64,000 nt of DNA from Macrostomum hystrix (Eukaryota; Animalia; Platyhelminthes): assembly GCA_950097015.1 (NCBI GenBank), contig CATNEN010000038.1:33294001-33358000 (forward strand), given 5' to 3'. Below the pieces are notes generated by a model, which was given only the letters and a program-made list of their open reading frames with translations, ran no database searches and was not told where the DNA came from. Position 1 is the stretch's first letter. The number at the start of each line of letters is the position of its first letter. Positions 12,296-24,683 of this stretch are shown here, in pieces. Position numbers and translations under genes: made by a program.

Positions 12296-12558
12296 ACTCC
12301 AGAGTGCAATCACACATGGATACTGTACACAGGCATGTGCCCACACATGTTTGTCTATCTGTTCTGACTTTCTTATTGTCATGCAGAGTAAACTTCACTG
12401 TCCCTTAGTGCTTGGCCCTCAAGGGTATAAATTTCATGACCAGCCCCTAAGGCTTCTCTTTGCAACTACACCACAAATGAATGTGGCCTCACATTGAATT
12501 GAGATCAGGGATCTTGATGTGAGAGGCAAATGCATTAACTGCTCTGCCAATCACCGCC
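12296..12558 (-). mobile_element. tRNA-derived SINE family A, old CpG-decayed copy
   Basis: Colinear with the 25593-25951 copy (ggccctcaaggg, aatgtggcctc, attaactgctctgcca); CpGs largely converted to TpG/CpA. Confidence 0.75.
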
Positions 12559-12773
12559 ATATGGTTTATCTTTATGCCATTCTTCTGTCCATAGACTGGC
12601 GGTCACTGCACACACATACACCTAATTTAAACTCTAGCTGATGTAGTGTAGCTAATTCACAGCTGGGTGCATGTTGTAGCTCTATGTAAATATTGACTTT
12701 GTAAATATGAGTTTGAGATTTAAATTGGTTAATTTGCATCAAACTGTCTGCCTGCCCATTCTTCCCTCCAGAT

Positions 12774-14551
12774 ATGGAGCAGTATGCTGATTGCCTAGAG
12801 CAGTTTTGGTGCAACACAGACCAGAACTTCTTAATTGATTTCGCCCTGCCAGATTGTCTGAAACGCGAGCCCTGCGTCTTGGGCATTGATGAAGCCGGCC
12901 GTGGCCCAGTCCTTGGACCGATGGTCTACGCCTGCGCCATTGGTCCGCTAGACTCAGGCGAGCCGTGCTTAAAGACTATTGGTTACGCGGACTCCAAGAC
13001 CCTCACTGAGGATCAGCGCGAGTCCCTATTCGCCGCCATCAATACGCCGCCCCTTAGCAACCAGTTTGGCTACTTTGTTCACGCTCTGAGTCCACATTAT
13101 CTAACCAGCAACATGTTGGATTTGCCCAAGACTAATCTAAACACAATGTCCATGGACGCAGCTGTTGGCTTGGTTCAGCGGGCCATCGATCGCGGCGTTC
13201 AACTTCAACGCATCAAGGTGGACACAGTTGGCAAGCCGGAGGCGTACAGGTTCGTGTTCAATATTTTAAGTTTACGGCCATGCTTGTCTATTAAGCAACA
13301 CAATTTTTTTAAAACAATTTTTAGACAAAAACTGGCTCAAATTTTTCCACACCTTGATGTCATCGTGGAAAGCAAAGCTGATCTAAATCATCCAATTGTG
13401 TCAGCTGCCAGCGTCTGCGCCAAGGTTCGATCTTCAATCGATTTTCCGACCCAATTTAGACCTATTAGACTAGCTAAGCAGACCCCATCCTAACGGGAGT
13501 ATTTATTGCTAACAAGTCTGCCACAGAAAACTTATAATTTGTGCTGATGTGAAAGAGGAGTTAGCTAAATAGTTAGAGCTTTGTACTTTTGACGAAGAGG
13601 TCGGGTGTTCGAGTCTCAACACAATTTATATTTAATTTGTTTTTTAAGTGAGACAATCGATCATTCTCCATTGCTTCAGTTTACCCAGCTGTATTAACAG
13701 GTACATTTGACAATACCCTATAACCTAAAAGACGAAAGCGGGCCGCATTGACTGTAGGAATATGAGAAAGGAGAAAGATAGACGGGAGAGATAAGACTCT
13801 CCATCTACAGATAAGAGTGAGAGATAAAACGGGATACTTTAGGTGTTAGAAGGGGCAACGGACCGGATTTAGGAGCTTCGAGGGCCGCATCTGGCCCGCG
13901 GGCAGTAGTTTGCCGACCTCTGCAGTATTAAGAAGTCAAGTTTTTAAGTAAACGGCGGTGGTAACTATGCCTTTATTTGTATAGATGACTTCCTAGTCAC
14001 CTAATTAGCATGTACAGCAAGCACAGTGTGTACATCTGTCTTGACTTTCTCACCGTCGCCACCCAAAGGTGACGCGGGATCGCCTCCTGCGCGGCTGGCG
14101 CTATCGGGAGCGGCTGACCCCGGCTCCGCCGCACGACCAATGCGGCAGCGGCTACCCGGCGGAACCGGCCACCAAGGCCTACCTGCGGTCCGTTGTAGAC
14201 CCGGTGTTCGGCTTCCCCCAGCTGGTGCGCATGTCCTGGTCAACGGCTGCCGTACTGATGGACAAGCACTGCGTACCGCTGCGTTGGCCGGACGACGACG
14301 AAGACGATAATGACGGCGGAGAGAAGGACGAGTCGTCGTCGAAATCTGGCGCCGGCTCGCGCAAGCGACGCAGCCTGGCTCACGCGGCTGTGTCGGCGGA
14401 ATCTACCGCGGCTGCCTCCTCCAAGATGATGCTGCAGTTTGCTCAGCGCGCGGCGCCAACGGAGCAGCAGCAGCGTAGTCGGCTGCGTCGGCAGCTGATG
14501 AACTGCGAATTCTTTGCTAAGCATCAACTGGCCCGTGTCACTAAACTGTAA
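12774..14551 (+). CDS. RNASEH2A: Ribonuclease H2 subunit A; exons 12774-13249, 13325-13424, 14069-14551
   Basis: Motifs GIDEAGRGPVLGPMVY, ADSK, KVDTVG, KAD, VSAASVCAK|VTRD, GSGYP, FGFPQLVRMSW. GT-AG introns keep frame. A 3' acceptor (ccctccag) lies 2 nt before the ATG. Confidence 0.95.
13555..13712 (+). mobile_element. tRNA-derived SINE family B (in RNASEH2A intron 2)
   Basis: A/B-box-like head (tagctaaatagttagagc...ggtgttcgagtc) and core cattgcttcagtttacccagctgt..ggtac shared with copies at ~44540, ~47270 and ~63010. Confidence 0.65.
13879..13922 (-). mobile_element. hAT (Charlie/Buster-like) terminal fragment
   Basis: Minus strand CAGAGGTCGGCAAACTACTGCCCGCGGGCCAGATGCGGCCC resembles typical hAT MITE ends. 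Confidence 0.45.
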
Positions 14552-15427
14552 TTAGCCTGGTCACTGAGACTATCAGGTAGTTTAACAATATAGTTATTTG
14601 TATCGAAGTCCGATATGTATCGAAAAAGTTCATTACTTCGCCGAAATGGTTTTCTTTATTATAATGTCTATTTCTTTAAACAGTAGAAACCAATTAGGCT
14701 ATTTTCAATACCAAATTTATTCATTTTTCTGCATCTTCCAAAATATTCAACCAATTGCCATGAAAATGCAAAAATGGCTAAACTTTTCCGCTCTATCAGA
14801 TAAAAAAACTTCCAGAATCACAGAACATCGACATAGTCGAGATATTCAACAAATCTCGTCGGGTTGTCTGATGTCAAAAACCGCCACGGCTTTGAAAATT
14901 AATTCATCGTAATGGGCGGGAAATTTTGATTCAGATGGTGAAATTTCACGGAAATCTGTCATTCGGTTTAGGAGCTATTGTGAAGTAGGCAGCGGGTATT
15001 TAAAGTACCCCCTGGTCCTTCTACTGTTAATGCGTGCTTTTTCAGTGCTTGAAATTAATGGCAACCGAATTTTTTTCTTAATTTAGGTATGTTTTTTTCT
15101 GTTTCTGTATTAATTATGTAAATCTGAACGGATCTATGCTTGGTCATATATTTCATAAGTGTATTTAAGCAATAATTAGTTTAATTATTATTATAAACAA
15201 CGCATTTTTGCTATAGTTAAACGCATTTTTATCACCAAAATAAAATTTCAAACAATGTCGTGAATTTTATATAAATAACTATGTCATATGATGTCCTTGT
15301 ATTTTCTCTATTCAGTTATCGCACTACATGATTTATTTTGATCTCAGTACAGTAAACAAGTCTAAATTTAGTGTTTACCACTGAAGTTACCACCGACTGC
15401 ACATCTGGTCCAATTGGGGGCAGATGT

Positions 15428-17037
15428 AAAAAATATAGCATTTTGCAAGCTATTGCAGACTACGAGCAAGCACTTTAATCCCAGAGAGCAAAAACACACG
15501 CATTTCGAGCCTCGATGCTAGCTGTCTATGGTAAAAAGTGTGTCAAACCGGCAGGCAATTTAATCCATCGAGCACTCATTTAAGCACTATCGCGCTCAGC
15601 ATTTCAATTTATTCGATGCATGCCTCCAACCGAATCAACCTGGAAGCTCCATGTGATAAAATAAGGACAAGATACAGTAGAAGTTAACAATTCACTTAAC
15701 GAAACCTTGCAGCATAGAGAGAAACACACAGAAAGGTTTTTACATAAGTTCAGGCTTCAGAAAGTCACATAATCACCTCCCCAGCGATGCAGCGCGGAAC
15801 ATAGTGCAGCATCTGCCTGAACCAGCCGCCGCACTTCACAAGTGTGATCTCTGACGTCGCTTCCTCGGAAAGTCTCTGCAGCACCAGGACACGCCAGTCA
15901 CGTAGCGTGGTTTCCGGAGGCGGAGTGTCGAGTTCCAGTTGCACAGCTGGTCGGGCCAACTCCCTCTTGATGGCTGCCTTCAGGCATGAATGCGCGCATT
16001 CTACAGGATTCAAGAATAGTGAATAGGGAGGCAAAACCACGATGTGCCAGTTTGCCGCGAATGGGGCCGGAATTCTGGCCGCATTGTGGAACCGGGCTCC
16101 GTCCATCACGATGTACCACTGCCCATCGATTATTCCATTGTTGTGTTTTTATGATTGACCAGGCCCATGTCAGAAGAAGTAGCTTGAATTACATTTACTT
16201 GCACACCTCGCTGTGTGTGTAGAACTCGGCGAACTCGCTGACCTCGTTTGCTGCGACCAAACGACCGACGGGTCCAAATGTTGAATCCCGTTTCGTCCAC
16301 ATACACCAGCCGGCAATCTATCGGTAGGCCTTTCAACCACTGTGCGAATTCATGCCTGCGTGCTATGTTGGCTGGATTGTTTATTGTTTCCGGGACATCA
16401 GCATCGCGACCGAGGCACTTTGACGTAATCAGCTGCTTGTCCAGAGAATGACTCACGGTTGCTTCACTCACTTGCACTCCAGGAAACTGATCCAGTAAAA
16501 TACGATGCATCTCTTTCAAAGTCAAGAGAGGATTCTGGTCCAGTGCTATCAGCAGCGCCTGGACATGTTCCAATGCCATCTTCGACGAATGGTCACCGCC
16601 ACGTCGCAGCCGTTCACTGCGGCCAGTAATTTCGTACCGTCTTCGAATGCTAGCAATGGTCTTGGCCTTTACATTTAGCCAGCGCGCAATGCTTCTGTTG
16701 TTATCGCCTCTGTCGATAGCGTCGATGATCAATTTATGCTTTTCGTCGCTAATCTTTGCATATTGCACAGGTGGCGCTCCGTCATCTTCGGCAGAGATTC
16801 CGTCGATGTCTTCAAAAATGGTGTTGGCTTGGTCACTTTCGTCGGACATGATGAAAAACGGAGAGAGGAACATCATAGACAGCGCTGTTTGTGGGCTTCA
16901 GTGCTTAAGCCTGCCGGTTTGACACACTTTTTACCATAGACAGTTAGCATCGAGGCTCGAAATGCGTGTGTTTTTGCTCTCTGGGATTAAATTGCTTGAT
17001 CGTAGTCTGCAATAGCTTGCAAAATGCTATATTTTTT
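15428..17037 (-). mobile_element. Tc1/IS630-superfamily DNA transposon with ~129-bp TIRs and disrupted transposase
   Basis: Near-identical TIRs at 15428-15556 and 16909-17037. Transposase is split over ORFs 16130-16876 (HTH, VYVDETGF) and 15765-16109 (VMDGARFH, LPPYSLFLNPVE), with a frameshift and probable deletion near 16130-16150. Confidence 0.9.
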
Positions 17038-17464
17038 CTAACATTTTAGGAAGCTACCACTTTCATTTGCCACCTGCAATTTGACACACTTCGAAAATCT
17101 GTTGGTACTCTCATGGTTGCTTGGCTCCGCCCTGACAAATTTTTGTGCTGTACCCGAACGGAGCAACGCTCGGGGAACATGGCGAATTTTTTGTTGCGCA
17201 TCTTCTAAAACAATAGTCAAGTCGCCAGCACTTTCGAGATATTCAATGGTTCTGGCCGAAGGGTCGGATTTTTCCCATATTTCATACACCCCTACTTATA
17301 AGACTTAGAAATCTGAATGGAATTTAAGCGAGCGTTAGTTGGTAACTAAAACTAAAAATAGCAACAGCAGAAAGTGCGAGCAACCGAAAGGAGAATGATT
17401 AGACAAAATCCGCCCCCAGAGATCAACAATTCATTTCAGCGCAGGCCCGGTTCGGCATGACAGC

Positions 17465-17640
17465 AGCTGTGCCGACATGGAGCTGGCTGAGACCGGATCC
17501 GCAGAGGCGCTGACGGGGAGCTGGCTGAGACCGGATCCGCAGAGGCGCTGACGTGGAGCTGCCGGAGACAGGATCCGCAGCTGCGCTGACGTGGAATGGC
17601 CCGAGACCGGAGCGCAGCTGTGCTGACATGGAGCTCCCGG
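17465..17640. repeat. GC-rich degenerate tandem repeat (~38-bp unit)
   Basis: Repeated ggagctggctgagaccggatccgcagaggcgctgac. Confidence 0.6.
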
Positions 17641-18816
17641 AATTAACCCGGCCTACCCCGACCTGCAGCTGCCTGCATCGATCCAACCCAGCAGAAACTG
17701 GAGCCGCCCGGACCCGATCGGGAACGAGATCGAGAGGAGGCCGAGTCCGCACAAGAAGGCGGGATCGATGAAAGAAAAGGGGTTGGCGTGCCTGCCAACC
17801 AACTAGTTTAATGACAATAACTGTACTAGAATCGAGGCTGCGTCCTCACCCACCCCAAATACCCAGGTGTACTGTTGCTATGGTATTTTCTTCCCCTCGG
17901 ATCGAGGGTTTTAAAGACATTATATATATTGGTGCGGAGCGCGGAAAAAGATTCGCCGCTCCAGTTAGTTAGAGACTCACTTTGAGCTCCGTTTAGAAAA
18001 TCATTGTGTTTGCGTTCTTTCTTAAGTAGAATCAGTGATAACGATCTAGAGAGATCACCACTGCCAGCCGGTATACTGAGTATCGATAGTCGTTAGGAGT
18101 TATAGCCTTCAAGACTTTTAGACTGCAATAAACCGCTAGACAAAGTATAGGAAAACTACGAGTGAAGAAGAAGAGGAACACCAAACTTGAAGCGCTATAC
18201 TACTCACAGATTAGCACTGCACCTCAGTGTGGCCTTGCCAGGCCTTCAAAATGTATCAGCATGTCACCCGAATGTGCCTGCGTCATCTACGTCTTCGGTG
18301 GTCACCTACTTCTGGACCTTCAAGAGCTACAACAGGTAGAACATGGCCACCCTGACGCGAATTTCTCTAGTTCACTGATCAAGCCTTGAAATATTAGGCG
18401 CAGCTCAACCACAGGACACCATCGCTTTGTCTGTCAACCAATCAGTCACTACCCAACGCTGTTAGCACATTAGGGCTGCCAAAAAATTTCTGGGAGGCGG
18501 GGAATTTACCCCTTGGTATAAAAACGGGCGGCAAAATGGCTTGGTAGTCTCCTACTGTTAAAGCGTACAATAGCGGTCACTCTTGGTCGTTTATAAAGCA
18601 AAACAGAAAATAGCAACTGTGAGCATATAGCCACCAGACGGGCTGGGGGAGGGCAGGGGCAAAAAAACTGGGTAAGAGCGACGGCTACTCCAACCAATCT
18701 GCGCGGGATTAGAAGGCGTGTGCTTAGCCTCGCAGTGTCAGACATATCTTGCAGAGCTGAGATAGGAGGAGGGGGAGAGAGAGGTATTCGGGGCTCAGCT
18801 ATTGTTGACGTAATAT

Positions 18817-19913
18817 ACCAATATTGATAGGCTGCAGAGGGCTGAAACGAGGTAAAGCATCGAGGCGCGTAGCGCCGAGGCGTTACACCTCGTTTCAGCC
18901 CGAGCAGCCTATCCATATTGGTGTTGTAGTTAGCGGGCGTGAAACGCGTTTCACGGCCCGCTAAGACTTTCTATGGTAAAATCGCTCTGAGTTCTATGCT
19001 TTCAGTCGGTTTCACGGCTCGGTAAGAATGTCTATGGAAAAAATTCAGCGGGTTCAACGGAGCGTACAACCTCCTTGCGGGGTGTGGAGGTGGAGGTGGA
19101 GTCCCAACATGAACAGCTTAGACAAACAAAAAACATATAGTCTATATCTAAATAAATATTTAGTCTATGGCAAAATCTGGCAAAACTTTGGTGTTGAGTG
19201 AGAATGATTCCTTTGAAGTTCTTTAGAGAAAATACATTCTTTAGTGAAGACGAGTGTTGTTTTGCTGCCCATTCTTTTTACTGCCTCGACATGTTGGATT
19301 ACGATTCAATACTAGAGATCGAAATTAGCGGTCTAAGCTATGATTTTTGACGCGCCTTGGACGTCGCCAATCCAACGATGGTGGAATCCAACGTGGTTAC
19401 AATACTGACGGCTACTGCATGGTATCACAATAATCTCGTACTAGGAAAGAACTGGCTAAACAGCTTTATGAAGACACTGCGAACTTGCTGGTGTTGCTGG
19501 CCGGAATCACACCAACCACTGCATCCGTGCAAGCGTGGTCACAAACCTGATTGAAGACGGCGTCAGTGTACCCCAGATTCAAGCTGTGACTGGCCATAAG
19601 CGAGCGGAAAGCGTCGAGCACTACAATAAAATACAAAAGTTTTCAAAGAAAGTGGCGTACGTTGTCTCGAACGATTACTAGCCGCCTTTCGACAGCACCG
19701 TCTACGTCAGACATCTCTGTTCTTCCTGTAGCGCATTCTTCTCCTTTGGTCGAAAGCTATACTGTGGTTGGCCCGTCAACAACTACGTCGCCTGCGATCG
19801 CAAACTGCAGTGTTGCAATTGGAGTTCCTTCCGACGGAGTACCTAACATCTTCAGCTATTGTAAGTTTGAAAACTGCACGATCAGCATAAAGCAAGGGCA
19901 CGGCAGCAACTGA
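18817..19913 (+). mobile_element. Crypton-like tyrosine-recombinase transposon relic
   Basis: 19508-19630 translates HTNHCIRASVVTNLIEDGVSVPQIQAVTGHKRAESVEHY (HxxR, TGH, catalytic Y). It is preceded by WYHNNLVLGKNWL and followed by FSYCKFENCTISI in other frames. Long hairpins at 18817-18922 and 18930-18964. Confidence 0.75.
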
Positions 19914-20541
19914 CCATTGTGCTTTTTACTCACTGTGACTAAGCTGACAGTTTTATTGTTTTTAATTCTATTATTGCGTCTAAAATGGTTTCTATAAGCT
20001 CGGATCGAGCTTCAATTTTCCATACATTTGTCATGTCAGCGTTCTACGCGATCTTTGATTAATTTCGTACTAATTAAGTAATAAATATAAACTAATTAGC
20101 ACATGAGTGCATATCTGAGTGGAATTCGACCATAGACAACAGCGGCGGGCGGGCTGCCGTTAGTTTCAACCTTGTTTCAACACGCGTAGGCTAACTAAAA
20201 CAAACACATGCCGAAGTGATAATTCGTAAAGCATCTATCTGCTGCGACTGCACTGAAATCTTTCACTATTTTGTCTATGGCCTCGGATGCCTGCGGGAAC
20301 ACAAGCCTACTTGTAATCTCTAAATAATCAGCCGCAAAGGCTCAGTTCAGATATAAGGCTGCCAATCACAAGCGCAAAATAGCCCAAGGAGAGGAATTTC
20401 TGACAGCTTTGCCAGTGTATCATGATTGGTTAATATAGCTCAGACAAGCATTTAACGGAACAGAGGACAAGTGCCCGCGCGGTGAATATTCCACCGAATT
20501 AATCATACACCTTTTGAGAAGCGAACTTAGTGGCTTCCGCA

Positions 20542-22323
20542 ATGTCTTCTTCGATGTCGTCCGCTTCAACCTCATCGTCGTCGAACTCGGCCGGCCTGTC
20601 CAGCATCACCGAAGTCGCTACCGCTGGCTCGGCCGGCTCCGCCACTGCAGTCGCCGCCGCCACTGCCTGCTGGGAGGCAAGCAGCAGCGGCAGTTACCTA
20701 CTACCAGCTCAGCACTCGCAACAAAACCTGGCGCCTGACGCTGACGGTAATGAGCCAGGTAAACTGTTCATAGGCGGACTTAGCCAGGCTACTACCGAGG
20801 CCAGTCTGAGAGCCTATTTCTCTCAATTCGGAGCACTGGATAGCGCAGTGGTAATGATGGACAGCGTCAGTGGCAGGTCGCGCGGATTCGGCTTCGTGAA
20901 GTTCAAGGACCCGGCTAGCGCTGTGGCCGCTCTGCAGCACCACCAGGGACCGGACGATCAGCAGTGTCTCGACGGCAAAACCATTGACGTGAAGCAGAGC
21001 AACGTGCGCGTCCGAGGCAGCCGAGCAGCTCTGACGCGCCACCTTAAGGTCTTCGTCGGCGGGGTGCCACCCGAGGCCGACGCCCAGATGGTGCGTGCGC
21101 AGTTCTCGCAGTATGGTCGCGTATTGGATGTCAATCTGATGCCAGATCCGGCGCGTCAGCGGCACCGCGGCTTCGCGTTTGTCACTTTCGAGGACGAGCG
21201 TGTCGTGCAGCGTCTGGTGCAGGTGCATTTTGTGGAGCTAGCTGGTCGTCTCGTTGAAGTTAAAGCGATGAAGCCACCATCGGCAGCCATATTACAGCCC
21301 ACACAGCTTCCTCAACAGCAGCTGCCGCAGCAGCAGCACCAACAGCATATTCTGCTCCCGTCATTGCAGCAGCAGCATCAGCAGCAGTCTCTGTTTCTTA
21401 TGCAGCAGGCGCCACCATTGTCATGCCAATTGCATCAAACTCAGCAGCGCCAGCAGCTTGCCCTATTTCAGCATCAACAGCTGCAACAGCAGCAGGCGTA
21501 TCTAACAACTGGTGGTGCAGGCAGCGTGGCTAACGCTACCGGAGGAAGCGGTGGCGCTTTGCCTTTGCTAGCGAATACTTGCAGCTGGCAGCCGGCTGTT
21601 GCCTTTGATCCGGGTCTGGCGTGGGCGGCCGCCGCTGCCTGGGCCGATCCACATCAACAGCAACAGCAGCAGCAGCAGCAGATTCAGCAGCAGCAGCAGC
21701 ACTACCATCAGCACCATCACCTGAGCATCTTGGAGCCCACTACCGCCTGTTGGCTATCGCAGCCGCTTTTAACGGCTGCCACAGCGGGGCCTTGGCCATC
21801 AGCGACGGCGGGAATTCTTCCGATGCCGTCATTTACTAGGCAGCCGCAAGTTCAGGCACAACCGCCGCAACAACAGCAACAAACGCAGCAGCAACCACAA
21901 CAGCAGCAGGTGCAGCAGAATCAATCGTTGCCGTCATCTATTGGGCAGGATACCAATGGCAGCGGCACACCTTGGCACTTGATTACTGTTGCCAGCGGAG
22001 GCGGTGGTGGTGGCGTCGGCGTCGGCTTAGGAGGCAACGAGAAGGAAACAGTTCCGATACCAATCGGCAGTGGCTTGAACTCCGTGCAGCATTCTCAGAC
22101 TCATTCCTCTCTGTTGACAGGTCAGCAATCTGCTCAGCAGCAGGTGTCATCCCTACAGCAGCATCAGCTGCAGCATCAGCAGCAGCAGCAACAGCATCAG
22201 CGCCAGCAAAATATACAGCAGCAGCAGCCTTTGATGTCGCAGCAGCAGCAGCAGCTGCAGCAGCCAGATCAGCAGCTGCTGCTTCAGAGCCGCGCAGCTG
22301 GAGACTTTGGCGGCCGGAACTGA
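20542..22323 (+). CDS. Two-RRM RNA-binding protein (Musashi/DAZAP1/hnRNP A-D family) with Q-rich tail; intronless CDS
   Basis: RRM1 KLFIGGL...RSRGFGFVKF and RRM2 KVFVGGV...HRGFAFVTF. First ATG is 20542 in ORF 20530-22323. Confidence 0.88.
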   Translation: MSSSMSSASTSSSSNSAGLSSITEVATAGSAGSATAVAAATACWEASSSGSYLLPAQHSQQNLAPDADGNEPGKLFIGGLSQATTEASLRAYFSQFGALDSAVVMMDSVSGRSRGFGFVKFKDPASAVAALQHHQGPDDQQCLDGKTIDVKQSNVRVRGSRAALTRHLKVFVGGVPPEADAQMVRAQFSQYGRVLDVNLMPDPARQRHRGFAFVTFEDERVVQRLVQVHFVELAGRLVEVKAMKPPSAAILQPTQLPQQQLPQQQHQQHILLPSLQQQHQQQSLFLMQQAPPLSCQLHQTQQRQQLALFQHQQLQQQQAYLTTGGAGSVANATGGSGGALPLLANTCSWQPAVAFDPGLAWAAAAAWADPHQQQQQQQQQIQQQQQHYHQHHHLSILEPTTACWLSQPLLTAATAGPWPSATAGILPMPSFTRQPQVQAQPPQQQQQTQQQPQQQQVQQNQSLPSSIGQDTNGSGTPWHLITVASGGGGGGVGVGLGGNEKETVPIPIGSGLNSVQHSQTHSSLLTGQQSAQQQVSSLQQHQLQHQQQQQQHQRQQNIQQQQPLMSQQQQQLQQPDQQLLLQSRAAGDFGGRN

Positions 22324-22864
22324 CCTGTGTACGAAAACTACTGTTCTGTTCTTCGACAACAAGACCATTCTTCTTCTTGTGTAGCTTGCAGAGTAAAGCA
22401 GGAATGTTTTTTCTCAATTGCTTCCAGTCGCCTAAGGGAGCCCCTGAGTCGACGGACTGTCTATACGTGTGATATAAACGAAAATTTAATTTCAAATCTC
22501 TCATGCCAGCACCACCAAGAGACTGTACAATGCGCTCCGTTTTGGTGCCAATTATCTGTTTTTATACGCATGTGAAGCATAGAAAATAGGGTAGAAAGCA
22601 TTTCATACACAGATTACGGATTGCACGTAGCGAAAGCAATGAACTTATTTCATTTTAAATAACCAACTCAACACAAGCAAAATGGCACTCACTGCAATTT
22701 TCTACATTTTTTCTCAGTAAATATATCTGCAAGCCTCAATACTGCTTGGATTTTTGTTGATGACGAATTTGAGTCCCACTGCATTCTATAAATGTAAATT
22801 ATAGGACTTCCAAGTCTCTTGAGTTATTTTATTTGAAATGATCATCAGCCAATGCTTTTGAATT

Positions 22865-22990
22865 TCTGAAGCAATCGTGAATTTAATTACAGCCAATTGC
22901 TCTTTGATCAGAGACACGAATTTTTCTTGGGCTGATCGATTCGAGCTCCTGACCTCCAGGACACAAAATCTGAAGCTCTAACTATGACCA
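22865..22990 (-). mobile_element. Degenerate SINE family B fragment
   Basis: Contains ctgaagcaat core and reverse-complement tRNA head (gattcgagctcctgacctc...gctctaac). Confidence 0.4.
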
Positions 22991-24683
22991 TGAGTGCTGA
23001 TCTGGTTATGACTCCCGACCTAATAGCTCGTACGCTTACATGTATGTGCGTCTACTTGTTTAGAGCAGTATACGTTCGGAAAATGAGAATGATCTATTAG
23101 AATCGAAGGATCAAATAAGAATCAAATTACTTGACATAATCTAAGTGCACAATTACATTTTTAAGGGTGCACACACACCGATCGTCTTAAAGTCAATTAG
23201 TCTCGGTATACCATTGTCAAATGCTTTCGCTACTCTTCGCTGTCCACGCGCGCCTTCTCGAGAGGCGTGGTAATTATATTTGCGATTAAGTCGCTACTGG
23301 GATAGGGCCATACAGCAATAAAAACATAACAAAGGACTGCCCCCCGCCAGACACATGCAGTTGCCAAGAAAGAGAGGAAAAGTCAGAGTGCGATCAGTCA
23401 CTACACTGCACGAAAGATCCCTCAAAGAGTCACACCCGCAGCAAGCTTGGTCCAGGGCGCTAACACACTCAGTAAATCGGTCCGGAAGCCGGTAAGAAAA
23501 ATTCATCGTTCGCCCTTGGTCTCGCCTGCGTGGTCTTAGCAGCTTTAGCAGCAGCAGCTCGTGTAAGCGGCTCAGGAATCGAGCCTATACGCTAGCTTTG
23601 ACCGGATGCCTTGGCCGTAAGCCAGTCGACGCCGCTCACGCAGCAGCAGACATAAGGCCTCAGATTAGAGCTCGGAGCGCCACAGAGCGAAACGTGGCAC
23701 AGGCCGTCCTTCGATTGTCGCCTCACCAGGCCGTCGCCAACGTTCGGCACGAGCACGCCGAGGTAAGAAACGCTGACGGCAAGTAAGCCTGACTGCATCC
23801 CCGGCAGCAAGCAACTCGGTAGTGTCTCCGCAGGCAGGTCAGGTCAGGACACCGCGAAGACTGACCGATCAGGATGATGTTAGCGTTTTTTAATTTCAGT
23901 CATAACTACAAGCCATAAATCCTTTTCAATTTTTGTATATTAGGAATAACTGTACATTACGTGCCAAACGAACACGCGATTTTCTTGATTTCCAAGAAAA
24001 AAATTAAATTAGCAGCACAAATGTGAAAATTTAACTCAGGTATTAACTGTAGGGCAATGAGACTCGACTCAAGCAACAGGCACAACCAGACGATATTCAA
24101 AACTCGCTTTTATGCTTTAAGCTATAAATAAAAAATCCTTAAACTATCATTCGAGCCGCAGAATGGCAATGAGCAAGTAGTTTTATTGTATTCTACTACT
24201 GCGCCAAGGTGCTGTTTAAATATTAAGCCGAAATCTAGAGTCTATAGACTATAGGCCCAGTGCAATTCGTTTTTAAGTCTATATAACTAATCGACTTCGT
24301 TTGCTTGATAGCTAGCTAGCTTAGTTATTTAAATAAATAGTTGCTCCAGAGTACATGTGATACGGTTGCAGCCAGGCTGTGAATTAATATTTCGGCTAAA
24401 GTGACTAGGCCTAGCTAACTGACTTATTTTCTAGCTAACGGTAGTGACTTAGGGATCACCTATTAGGCAGGGGATAATTTGCCTCAAATGAAAATGCTGC
24501 AGCCACTTTAATGGTTTTAACTATTAAGACTTGGTCTATAAATTTTCAGTTTAGGCCTATAAATTAGACACTAAACCTTAGGGCGTTAGGCTATAGCAAA
24601 TACAAACTTTAACTAATGCTCTAGCCCTAGGCTCATATCACTACTTTACAAGCAAGCTAGAGAAGCCAATTATATTTCATTTA

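Noticed and set aside
23280-23870. GC-rich patch with short ORFs as a gene or transposon
   Set aside because: No recognisable motifs, termini or splice structure; left unassigned.
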